The translations under genes and the position numbers were made by a program. From assembly GCF_000172995.2 (NCBI RefSeq), contig NC_014736.1:30001-62000 (forward strand): a stretch of 32,000 nucleotides of DNA. Direction: 5' to 3'. Position 1 is the stretch's first letter. Each line of letters starts with the position of its first letter. The DNA comes from Halogeometricum borinquense DSM 11551. GTDB lineage: Archaea; Halobacteriota; Halobacteria; Halobacteriales; Haloferacaceae. Of the stretch, positions 19,212-27,255 are shown piece after piece. The notes under the pieces were generated by a model. That model was not told the DNA's origin. It saw nothing but the letters and a program-made list of their open reading frames with translations, and did no database searches.

Positions 19212-19526
19212 ATGAACGTCAAACGAGAAAGCCCACTGGAAGGCGTCCCCGACAGATACGACGGTCTCGCCGCAATCCTCGCTGCCGTGATTCTCGGCTG
19301 GGGATTCCTGTACGCAATTCGCCCAATCCTCGGGTTTATCACCGCAGTTGCGGTACTCTCAGTGTATGCGGTCATGAGAACCGCAGACTACGCCCACGCC
19401 GCTATGGTCGTCATCGCGTGGCTGCCCGTCTTTGTGGGGCTCGCCGGCTACGGCCTCCCGGGAGTACTCACTGGGGGCGTCCTCGGAGCCCTCATCTACG
19501 CCATCTACACTCGCACTACTAACTGA
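19212..19526 (+). CDS. Small integral membrane protein (3 predicted TM helices)
   Basis: The ORF track starts at TTG 19158. The in-frame ATG at 19212 precedes the hydrophobic segments. Confidence 0.55.
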   Translation: MNVKRESPLEGVPDRYDGLAAILAAVILGWGFLYAIRPILGFITAVAVLSVYAVMRTADYAHAAMVVIAWLPVFVGLAGYGLPGVLTGGVLGALIYAIYTRTTN

Positions 19527-19631
19527 CCCTCCAGCCACGCAAACCGGTCTCCTGAACCGCCGGCGTCGTAATCGTCGTCGAGAACCCACGCGGCTCGGGG
19601 AAAGCAATCACGATACCAAGTCAGGATTTCC

Positions 19632-19745
19632 ATGAACCGACGTGAATTCCTCGCAGCGACAGCCCTCACCACTTCGATTACGGTCGCCAGTGGCTGTCTC
19701 GGAACCCAACAAGCAGGCGTCGAAAAAACCTCAGGAACAGGTTGA
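19632..19745 (+). pseudogene. 37-codon stump: Tat signal plus lipobox only (MNRREFLAATALTTSITVASGCLGTQQAGVEKTSGTG)
   Basis: Translated by hand and below the ORF-track cutoff. It ends 4 bp before the convergent protease gene stop. Confidence 0.45.
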
Positions 19746-19749
19746 GAAG

Positions 19750-20457
19750 TTAGAGGATGAGGTTGTATTCGCTGTCTTTGTGATACCAGGCGTGCCCGGC
19801 AGCTGACGAACCGATACTACGTTCATCTCCGGGAGTGCAGGTCTCCTGTTCACCGCTCCCAATGAAATGTGTCGTGTGAGCGGCGAGAACCGCGTAGTTG
19901 ACGCCGCCGATAGTCTCGATTCGGTAGATCGGCCCACCAGAATCACCTTTCCCAACATCGATCCCATCGACAATAATGCCGTGTCCGTCGAGATCGTTGC
20001 AGTCGCCGCTGATGGTCTTCTCCATCCCGGTGATGGTCCCAGTCGTCTGTCCGGTCGTCACGCCCATCTTCCGAACATCACGGCGCTCTGCGACGAGTTC
20101 ACTGACGGCGTCTTTCGGATGCCACCCGGACACCAGTTGCGTTGAGTCCTCCTCAGAGATCTCTTGGCTCAGGTCGATGCTGCCGTTGGTTTTCTCGAGG
20201 AGGACGAAGTCAGCGCTCGTATGGGATTCAGCGACAGTACCGAAGTCCTGGTTGTACTGAGTAGCAGTTTCGCCGGTTTTCGATTGGCAGGCTTTGTTTT
20301 CCCACAGGTGGCTAGCGGTCAGTAGCCGTTTGTTACCGTGTTCGTCTTTGACGGGGAAGCCGGCGGTCCCCCAGCCGGTGTAGGACTCGCTTATCGTATA
20401 GGTCCGTGTTGAATGTATGGAACAGATTTGGAGCTCCCAAAAATGTATCTGGTTCAA
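19750..20457 (-). CDS. S1 (chymotrypsin/streptogrisin-like) serine protease without recognisable signal peptide
   Basis: Catalytic triad context: LLTASHLW (His), SADFVLLE (Asp), GKGDSGGPIY (Ser). Confidence 0.7.
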   Translation of the reverse strand: MNQIHFWELQICSIHSTRTYTISESYTGWGTAGFPVKDEHGNKRLLTASHLWENKACQSKTGETATQYNQDFGTVAESHTSADFVLLEKTNGSIDLSQEISEEDSTQLVSGWHPKDAVSELVAERRDVRKMGVTTGQTTGTITGMEKTISGDCNDLDGHGIIVDGIDVGKGDSGGPIYRIETIGGVNYAVLAAHTTHFIGSGEQETCTPGDERSIGSSAAGHAWYHKDSEYNLIL

Positions 20458-20720
20458 GACTACTGAAAAATAGGGAATCTAGCTTCATCCCCGTACCATA
20501 CCTCATCATTTGTCTGATGGCTCTTTCACCAGCATCAAACAACATCCTATTCCCAGCGTGTTTGATTAACAGGGACTATGTTGCTCTTTGAGTCGACGGA
20601 ACGTAGTCTGCGGTGCCTAAAAAAGAAACCTGTAATACCATAATTGGATATGTGACTGATAGATAATTAACCTAATGTGAAAATAAGATACGCAACAGAA
20701 CCCAAACTCCGAAACTATGG

Positions 20721-20777
20721 AAGTTGAGACTACAGCGGGTTTAGCGGGGCTGTAATGCCTGGTTTCGGCCGAATCGG
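20721..20777 (+). repeat. ~57-bp intergenic repeat, copy A
   Basis: About 48/57 identical to 28871-28927 in the same orientation, by manual alignment. Confidence 0.8.
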
Positions 20778-20865
20778 AGAGCGGAATCTGCTTCTGACCG
20801 CTTTCAGAACGGCCATTGTTGTTCCCCAGTCAACTAATTCAGGGGATTAGCGAGACTCCGGATAG

Positions 20866-21096
20866 TGTCGCACTCAGACGCCGCGCTATCGCGGAGAGAT
20901 TCCCGTTACTATCCGATTTGACAGGATCAGTGTCGGAAGAGATGCCGGACGGGTCACGTGGGTCGATATACTCTCTTCATTTGAGCAAGCTCAGACGACG
21001 ATTTCCAGTGAGACATTTCTCCTCGGTGCCGGTGACGAGCAAGTGTTTGCACAAACAACCAACGGAACTCTATACGCTCTCACTCAGCCATCATAA
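20866..21096 (+). pseudogene. Possible 3-prime fragment of a PQQ-like beta-propeller repeat protein
   Basis: The open frame lacks a start and ends ...GRVTWVDIL...TFLLGAGDEQVFAQTTNGTLYALTQPS*. The blade-like G-x-LYAL motif is recognised from memory only. Confidence 0.25.
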
Positions 21097-21263
21097 CGCG
21101 AGATACTACGGTAACAGACAACAGCTAGCAAGCCTTCATCCTCGGAGTCAAGTCAAGGGAAATCGAAGATTTCCTATATCCAGCAAATCGCAGAGCGATT
21201 TGCGAGACCCCGAGGCACTCGGCCTGCTCCGCCTGTAGATTCCGGTTGGCTCGTACAGATCAG

Positions 21264-21613
21264 CTACTGCAACTCTTCGGCGAGGGCAGCGACCGCTTCG
21301 TCGACAAGCTCACTCTCCACCTGTCCTTGCCAGAAGTCGATATCCTCGTGGTCGATCGATTGGACGCCCCATGGGACGATTCGACTCTCGTCGGGCGTCC
21401 CACCACGCAGCCATTTCTCTTCGGGAATATCGATGAGGCCGTCCATCCAGGATTTCGTCGTCAATGTCAGCGCAATCTGCTCGCCGTGGAATGATCGGTC
21501 GTCGTGATTCGAGAGAATGAGCCACGGTCGGGCATCTTCCTCGCCTTTGAACGGGTCATCACCGTAGACGACGTCGCCCCGCTCAAGAATCGGGGTTCTT
21601 TCTCGTCAGTCAC
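21264..21613 (-). pseudogene. PemK/MazF-like type II toxin with no in-frame canonical start (apparent 5-prime frameshift)
   Basis: The conserved frame 21264..21605 encodes ILERGDVVYGDDPFKGEEDARPWLILSN... It is preceded by an in-frame TGA. The GTG overlapping the upstream stop (GTGA, 21610-21613) is in a different frame. Confidence 0.55.
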
Positions 21614-22002
21614 TGCTCGTTCTCCACACTCGGGTGTGGCTCACTGGGTGCGTGTTCGCGCCATGACTCCTTGTCTTCGTCACCGAGTTGCTCGTTGAAC
21701 AGAGCGGTCGCCCGTTCGTAGCCGCTATACCCGTCGAGTCGCTCGGTGTCGTCAGTCACGGCCCAGTACGTTGCCTTGTGTTCGACCAAGTTACGGTCCT
21801 TTAATCGTGAGAGCGCAGTGCTCACTGCCCCCTCGTCAACGCCGATCTGAGAAGCAATTTCGCGAGCCTTGAACGCCCGATGCTTGTTGGCGGCGAGAAA
21901 CCCGAGGACCTGATCAGGGACCGAAAGATCCGCGAGCTCGTCCTCGCTCGTGTTCTCGAATGTGTCTCGGTCGATGGACATCGTTGAAAGAAGGTACGTC
22001 AT
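21610..22002 (-). CDS. Winged-helix (MarR/TrmB-like) DNA-binding protein, putative antitoxin/regulator
   Basis: 130 aa. wHTH segment KAREIASQIGVDEGAVSTALSRLKDRNLVEHK. Lies immediately upstream of the toxin frame. Confidence 0.65.
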   Translation of the reverse strand: MTYLLSTMSIDRDTFENTSEDELADLSVPDQVLGFLAANKHRAFKAREIASQIGVDEGAVSTALSRLKDRNLVEHKATYWAVTDDTERLDGYSGYERATALFNEQLGDEDKESWREHAPSEPHPSVENEQ

Positions 22003-22436
22003 CCGCTGTAAAGGGTGTTAGGCATGAAAGCTACGAAATTGCTGAAGGTGAATCACTGTCTATCGCGAAGGAGTTTGAAGCCAGATGTTGCTCAAGAAAT
22101 TTCAACCGAAAGAAGAACGAACTAGCCGGTAGGTAGGTGTGCGAACTTACGAAGAAATGGAACTCCAAGGCACCAATTCACGAAAGATTAGACGCACTCT
22201 GATGACGCCAAGTGAACGCTCTTTCAAGAGCAACAACGAGAGGTTCTATCGACATTCTCATGTTCGAATCATCGGCGTGCAATAGTTCTGACATCTGCTT
22301 GCAGGGCGTCAAGAGAACTGCGGTCGTACAGAGGAGTTGAGTCGTACACTGGCCAATTGACAGTTGATTTTTCGGAACGTGCTGAAAGACATCTCTTCGA
22401 GAGGTCCTTGTTTGCCCAGTACGATTTCCGGAGCAG

Positions 22437-24842
22437 CTAGTCGTCTGCGACAGCCTGAGCGTTCGGCATCTCCGGATGTGCTTCGGTCTGTTCGGACACT
22501 GGCATCCACTCCAAGGACTCCTCGTAGTGGAAGACGCGGTGATCCTGAGTCGGATCGACGACTGTCAGTGAGAGCCAGTTGTTGTCCAGAATTTCGGTCA
22601 GTTCCTCGTGGTCGGCCAGGATGTCTGTGATCCGCTCGACCGGCGCATGGACGACCGTCGAGAGGCGGAGCGGTTGATGGTACGGTTCACGGTCTGCGAT
22701 CATCAGCGACTGGAGCGGGAGTCCAGCCATCAGGTCGCCGCCGTTGCCCTGATAGACGCCGACGTTGCCGACTGGATTCTGGGTCACCTTCGACCCGCTG
22801 CCGTAGACGGCGTTGTCGACCGTGGAGAAGTAGTACTGGGCGTTGATCCACTGGGTGACGACCATGGGGCCAGTCAAGATGGCCTCGAGCGCGTCTCCGT
22901 TGGGGTCAGTCGACCAGTCGTACGAGTGGAGGAATGCACGCCCGTCGAGATCACAGCCGCTGGTCAACTCGCGGGGGCCGATCACGAAGCCAGCGTTGCC
23001 AGCCAGCCCCCACTCGGGACGCGTCTCGGCCCAGTCGGCGGCACGACGTTCCGTCTCGGTGACGCCGGTCGAGCCGTCGGCGCCCATCGCCTCTGCGCGC
23101 TCGGTAGTCGCGTTCTCGCGAGCCGTCGTGAGGTCCGTACGTAACTGGTCGAGGTCGTCCGAGTGGCTCTCTGGCACGTCGTCCACGAACAGTTCTACTT
23201 CGTCGGTCGTCGTGTTGTGCTGTCCGGCAACGAAGATCGTGTCCTCGGGGATATCGAACCCACGGTCGCGGAGTTCGGCCCTGACAGCCTCGTCGTTACA
23301 GACTTTCGCGAGGACACGAGCACTCGGGCCGCCGGGGTTGCCCGCACAGGCACCGCAGTCTAGACTCGAGTCGTAGGGGTTGTTTGCCGTCTCGCTGGCG
23401 TGGCCTGTGAAAACGACGAGGCGACTGAACTCCTTGAAACCCATCAAATCGAAGGCAGTCGCAGCATACTCGACCTGCTCCTCGTGGGTCAGCCCTACCG
23501 ACAGGTCGCCGGAGTAGGTGTGCTGGTGGTGGACCAACGGCTCACAGAACTCGTGGTCGTCGGGCACCAGCTCGGCGGCGGCGTCGATCAGGTCATGGAC
23601 GCGCCCGGGAACGAGCGTCCGGGCCGCGAGTGAGAGCCCATAGCCGCTCCCGGCAGTCTCGACGTATCCGTAGGCGGTGGCGGCATTGGCTTCCAGTATC
23701 TCGATGACGTCGGCGGCGGCCGCACGCATGCCGGACCGGCGGTCATGGCGTGCCTGCGTGTCGTCGTCAGTCGGACAGTCGATGATGTGATGCTGTGGGT
23801 CGAGAATCGGTGGACAGACATCGACCGACACGTCGTCGTCGTATCCTTGGTACTCCATCGGGATGCCGAAGAAGCCAGCGTACCCGTGGGTCTCGTAGTC
23901 GCCCGTTGCCTCGATGTGACGACGGATGACCTCCGAGCGGGTGTCGATACAGAAGACCAACTGAGCGTCCGGGCGGCCCGACGTATCGCTGTCGTCCATC
24001 GACTGACTCTGGGCCGCGACGGTCCCGACGAGGTCTTCGCGGTAGGTCGCTTCCCACGCACGCAGAAACGCCTGAGCGAGGTCATCCGCCGGGTTCGTGT
24101 TGCTAACATCGTTCGAGGGCTCGATGTTGGCGTCGACGGCATCCAGCAGTGCCAGACGCGCCGCAAGGTATCCTTCCAGCGAAATCGGGTACGTCGACTG
24201 CCATGCACCCTCGTCCTCGGCGCGCTGCTTGATGAACCTGGTCCAGCCCGGGAGCGCAGCCAATTGCTCCTCAAAGATGGGAACCCACTGACTCTCAGGG
24301 TACGACTTCAGGACCGCCTCAATAACCTCGATTGGCGCTTCGGGCAGGTCGGCGACGACCCCCTCGTCGGGGATGTCACTGTCGTATTCGGCCATTCCAC
24401 GGAAGGCGGTGTAGAACCCCGCCTCGCGGTTCGGCATCGACCAGTGGGCGCTCCCCTCGTCGAGGAAGGCCGATAACCACTTGGTCAACACTTTGTCGAC
24501 GTGGTCCGCGGCAGTGTCAGCGTCACCGTTCACGGCGTCGGCCGCGTCGGCCATACGGTCGAGTAACGTCTCGGGGTCGTCCGCGTAGCCTGCCTCGGTG
24601 AGCTCTTCTTCGAGGATCACCCGGTCGATCTGGCCGCGTTCCAGCGCCGTTCCGAACGTCTGGGCACTGGGGAAGCCACGGCCGCCTAGCAAAGTAGCTG
24701 CCTGTTCGACGGCCTCCCCGAACGGCTGGTCCTCGAACCCCGCGAGGGGGTTGGCCGTCACGAACGAGTGGATGGGCCAGAGGGAGCCGACGGTGGTCGC
24801 TGCTTCATCGATGCTGTCGCGGATGGCGGATTCAGTACTCAT
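22437..24842 (-). CDS. dabA: DabA (DUF2309/UPF0753), carbonic-anhydrase-like subunit of the DAB inorganic-carbon pump
   Basis: 801 aa. N-terminal WPIHSFVTANPLAGFE. Beta-CA-like Zn motif FCIDTRSE, plus a downstream GHASE...CGACAG. Overlaps dabB by 11 nt. Confidence 0.85.
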   Translation of the reverse strand: MSTESAIRDSIDEAATTVGSLWPIHSFVTANPLAGFEDQPFGEAVEQAATLLGGRGFPSAQTFGTALERGQIDRVILEEELTEAGYADDPETLLDRMADAADAVNGDADTAADHVDKVLTKWLSAFLDEGSAHWSMPNREAGFYTAFRGMAEYDSDIPDEGVVADLPEAPIEVIEAVLKSYPESQWVPIFEEQLAALPGWTRFIKQRAEDEGAWQSTYPISLEGYLAARLALLDAVDANIEPSNDVSNTNPADDLAQAFLRAWEATYREDLVGTVAAQSQSMDDSDTSGRPDAQLVFCIDTRSEVIRRHIEATGDYETHGYAGFFGIPMEYQGYDDDVSVDVCPPILDPQHHIIDCPTDDDTQARHDRRSGMRAAAADVIEILEANAATAYGYVETAGSGYGLSLAARTLVPGRVHDLIDAAAELVPDDHEFCEPLVHHQHTYSGDLSVGLTHEEQVEYAATAFDLMGFKEFSRLVVFTGHASETANNPYDSSLDCGACAGNPGGPSARVLAKVCNDEAVRAELRDRGFDIPEDTIFVAGQHNTTTDEVELFVDDVPESHSDDLDQLRTDLTTARENATTERAEAMGADGSTGVTETERRAADWAETRPEWGLAGNAGFVIGPRELTSGCDLDGRAFLHSYDWSTDPNGDALEAILTGPMVVTQWINAQYYFSTVDNAVYGSGSKVTQNPVGNVGVYQGNGGDLMAGLPLQSLMIADREPYHQPLRLSTVVHAPVERITDILADHEELTEILDNNWLSLTVVDPTQDHRVFHYEESLEWMPVSEQTEAHPEMPNAQAVADD

Positions 24843-26320
24843 TGTAGTCCTCCGTGGAAGTCAGTAGGGTGTTCGATGACGGTTGGGTGGCGTTCAGCAG
24901 TGCCACGTAGAGACGCTGGCTGTCCTCGTGGATGCCGGTCTCTATCGCGACGTAGATGCCGACGAAGGTGACCGCGATGACGCCGTGGAGCAGGGTCAGT
25001 TCGGTCGTTGCCGTGCTGACAGCTAGGAGGCCCGAGACGCCTTCGTAGACAACTGCGTAGATGACGATGGCCGGGAAGAACACCAGCGGGACGGCCCCGT
25101 AGCGGGCGAGTGTCGGAAGTGAGGTATGCTGGACCGCGCTGCGGGCCGCGTGGAGCGTGGTGAAGACGACGAAGAAGGTCAACAGGAGGCCGCTGTCGAC
25201 GCTTGCTCCCTTCCCCGTCAGCACCGTGAACACCACGCCACCGGCGAGACCGGTCAGCAACGCCACGACGAAGCCGACGGCACTCGTCAGAGGGCCGATC
25301 GTGTGCTCGGTGGTCTCGCTCGGACTCGTGTGTTCGACCTGTTCGCCCGAACTGAGGAACTGATAGGCCTTGTAGAAACCGTGCAGGATGAGGTGGGTGA
25401 TCGCAGCCCCGAAGAAACCGAGGCCGGCCTGCATGATCATGAAGCCCATCTGACCGACCGTCGAGCAGCCGAGTTTGCTTTTGATGTCCGTCTGGACCGA
25501 CTTCAGGAGCTTCCCGCCGCCAGCACTCGCCGCGCCGACGGCGACCACTGCGAGCATGAGCGTGGAGTCAACCGTAATGACCGGGGCGAAGCGAGTCAGC
25601 AGGATGCCGCCCGCGTTGACGAATCCGGCGTGCATCAGCGCAGACGCCGGCGTCGGTGCGGTCATCGAGGAGAGCAGCCAGTTGTGGAACGGGATGAGGG
25701 CGGACTGGATCATTGCCGCGAGCACGAGCGCGCCGGCGGCGACCAGCCACACCGAACCACCGAGCGTGTCGGCGGCCGCGCCGATTCCGGAGACCGTCGT
25801 CGAGCCGGTCGCCCACCACAGCGCTGTCAGCGCAATCCCAAGCAGTACGCTACTGGCGATAAAGTACCTGCGAGCGACCCGTCGCGGCGGCCTGTGCCTG
25901 TTTCCAGCCCTCGTTGATACCGATGAGCTCGGCCATCACCAGACCCATCGCCGCCCACAGGAACCCGAACAGTACGACGTGGTCGGCCGCGACGAGTGCC
26001 ATCACGGCTGCGGTGAATCCAAACATAGCGAGGAAGAACCTCGTTTTGTGGGTGCTACCGGCCATGTAGCGGCGCGAGTAGCTGTGAACGATACCGCTGA
26101 AGAAGGTGACCACCACCCACATCAGCACAGTCAGGCCGTCGATGGCAACCAATCCAGGGATTTCCCAGACATCACCAAACCGGATTCTGGCGATGAGGAC
26201 GACGATACTCGCGACGAACAGCGACCACACGAGCCACGTTAGTGCAACGGGCACGAACGGCGAATCTACCGTCGTGTCCGGGAGCGCTCCGACTGTCGGT
26301 TTCGAACTGTGTCCTGACAT
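24832..26320 (-). pseudogene. dabB: DabB (NuoL/MrpA-like proton-conducting membrane subunit) interrupted by a 1-nt frameshift
   Basis: Two ORFs (25850..26320 and 24832..25752+) belong to one NuoL-like protein (IPFHNWLLSSMTAPTPASALMHAGFVNAGG). The total span is 1489 nt, which is 3n+1. Dropping one C from the CCC run at 25878-25880 gives ...QAQAAATVARRYFIASSVLLGIAL... Confidence 0.7.
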
Positions 26321-26401
26321 CGTTCAGCTCATCGTACGACGTATTGCGGCACCCGAGATGACCCCGACGGGTCCGCTCCTGGTCGAAGTTGCCTTCTTTT
26401 T

Positions 26402-26444
26402 GAACAGAATAGTTGTTAAAGCTGTCTATATTCACATTCTGTTC
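26402..26444. promoter_or_regulatory. 9-bp inverted repeat GAACAGAAT-N25-ATTCTGTTC with an AT-rich spacer upstream of dabB
   Basis: Read directly, 82-124 bp upstream of the dabB ATG. Any regulatory role is inferred. Confidence 0.35.
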
Positions 26445-26509
26445 CCCGGATGGGGATTATAGAACATTATGGTTACTCAGCGGTGCGCGGAGACGTCCGG
26501 TAGCGGGGG

Positions 26510-27109
26510 TCAGGTCAGGAGGCTTGCGACACGTATCGACGCATCGTCGGGGAGATGAGCCCGGATTGTGGTCGGGTCTGTCGCACCGTCGAAAGCGACC
26601 AGATACTGCTTGTCTGGGAACGAACTGTACGCACCGTCTTGATCGTGAACGTAGCCAGCGACCGTCACCGACGAGGGGAGTACCTGCTGGAGAAATCGGA
26701 CTTGTTGGCGGACATTGTACTCGACGAGTCGGTACTGTACCGTCTGAAGCGGCAACGATTCCGTCAAGACTCCCTCCTTGAACCCCTCTCCGACGAGCGA
26801 GCGAAGCGGATCCGTGTGTCCCACAACGAGGACCGCTGTGATGTCATGCTGGGTTCTGCGGTGTTCGATAGTGCTGTCTGGAACGGTTTTCCCCTCGTAT
26901 CGCTCCTGTGTCTGATTTCCGAGAGTCTCAACGCTAACGGCGTTCCAGGTAGTGTCAACTGGCCACAGCGGTCCCCGGAGCTTGCAACTGCTCATCGAGC
27001 ACGAGACGACGAGTGCCGTTTGCGTATCCGATTCACGTCCCATGTCGTTTCGAGACCCGGCCCATTCTTGGACTGACTCGATGACAGATTCGAGAGCGTC
27101 CCCGTTCAT
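26510..27109 (-). CDS. Beta-carbonic-anhydrase-like protein with non-canonical active-site residues
   Basis: 199 aa. VVSCSMSSC aligns to CSDSR, LVVGHTDP aligns to GHxxCG, and the C-terminal AGYVHD...LVAFDGAT resembles the HGWVYD...AAFDGAT of CynT-type beta-CAs. The alignment is from memory. Confidence 0.55.
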   Translation of the reverse strand: MNGDALESVIESVQEWAGSRNDMGRESDTQTALVVSCSMSSCKLRGPLWPVDTTWNAVSVETLGNQTQERYEGKTVPDSTIEHRRTQHDITAVLVVGHTDPLRSLVGEGFKEGVLTESLPLQTVQYRLVEYNVRQQVRFLQQVLPSSVTVAGYVHDQDGAYSSFPDKQYLVAFDGATDPTTIRAHLPDDASIRVASLLT

Positions 27110-27255
27110 TCTACACTATGCCACCGCCGCTCGGACCCACTACTGTCACCATCGGTTTTCTTCGACCAGTTTGATCTTGAGCCAGCATTACTTTACCGGA
27201 ACGTTCGATATACACATACAGAAAATCATATCGTTATTGGCGTGGGGGTACTGGT

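Noticed and set aside
16250-20528. Exact 12-mer TGATGGCTCTTT shared between the IS flank (16250-16261) and 20517-20528
   Set aside because: Dozens of 12-mer coincidences are expected by chance between two strands of a 32-kb window, and the flanking bases do not extend the match.
20607-20623. GCCTAAAAAA half-site resembling one arm of the siderophore palindrome
   Set aside because: The opposite arm (CTGCGGT) does not match TTTTAGGC, so there is no dyad symmetry. A single 8-10-mer half-site can occur by chance in AT-rich spacer DNA.
20816-21238. 140-aa plus-strand ORF in the 20.8-21.2 kb gap
   Set aside because: It is strongly basic and Ser/Arg-rich, unlike the acidic proteome here. A different frame of the same stretch carries the only protein-like segment (the possible PQQ-repeat fragment). 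I treat it as non-coding debris.
22015-22035. TGTTAGGCATGAAAGC upstream of the wHTH gene, resembling the left arm plus spacer of the palindrome
   Set aside because: The right arm is GAAAGC rather than GCCTAA, so this is not a palindrome. It is probably coincidental.
85-26242. Many long alternative-frame or antisense ORFs inside recognised genes (for example 85..516, 1576..2055, 5873..6544, 7125..7748, 9147..9770, 12309..12824, 23588..24274, 23745..24476, 25126..25917, 25475..26242)
   Set aside because: They are Arg/Ser/Pro/Thr-rich, low-complexity translations typical of off-frame reading of high-GC coding DNA. Each overlaps a gene with clear family motifs.
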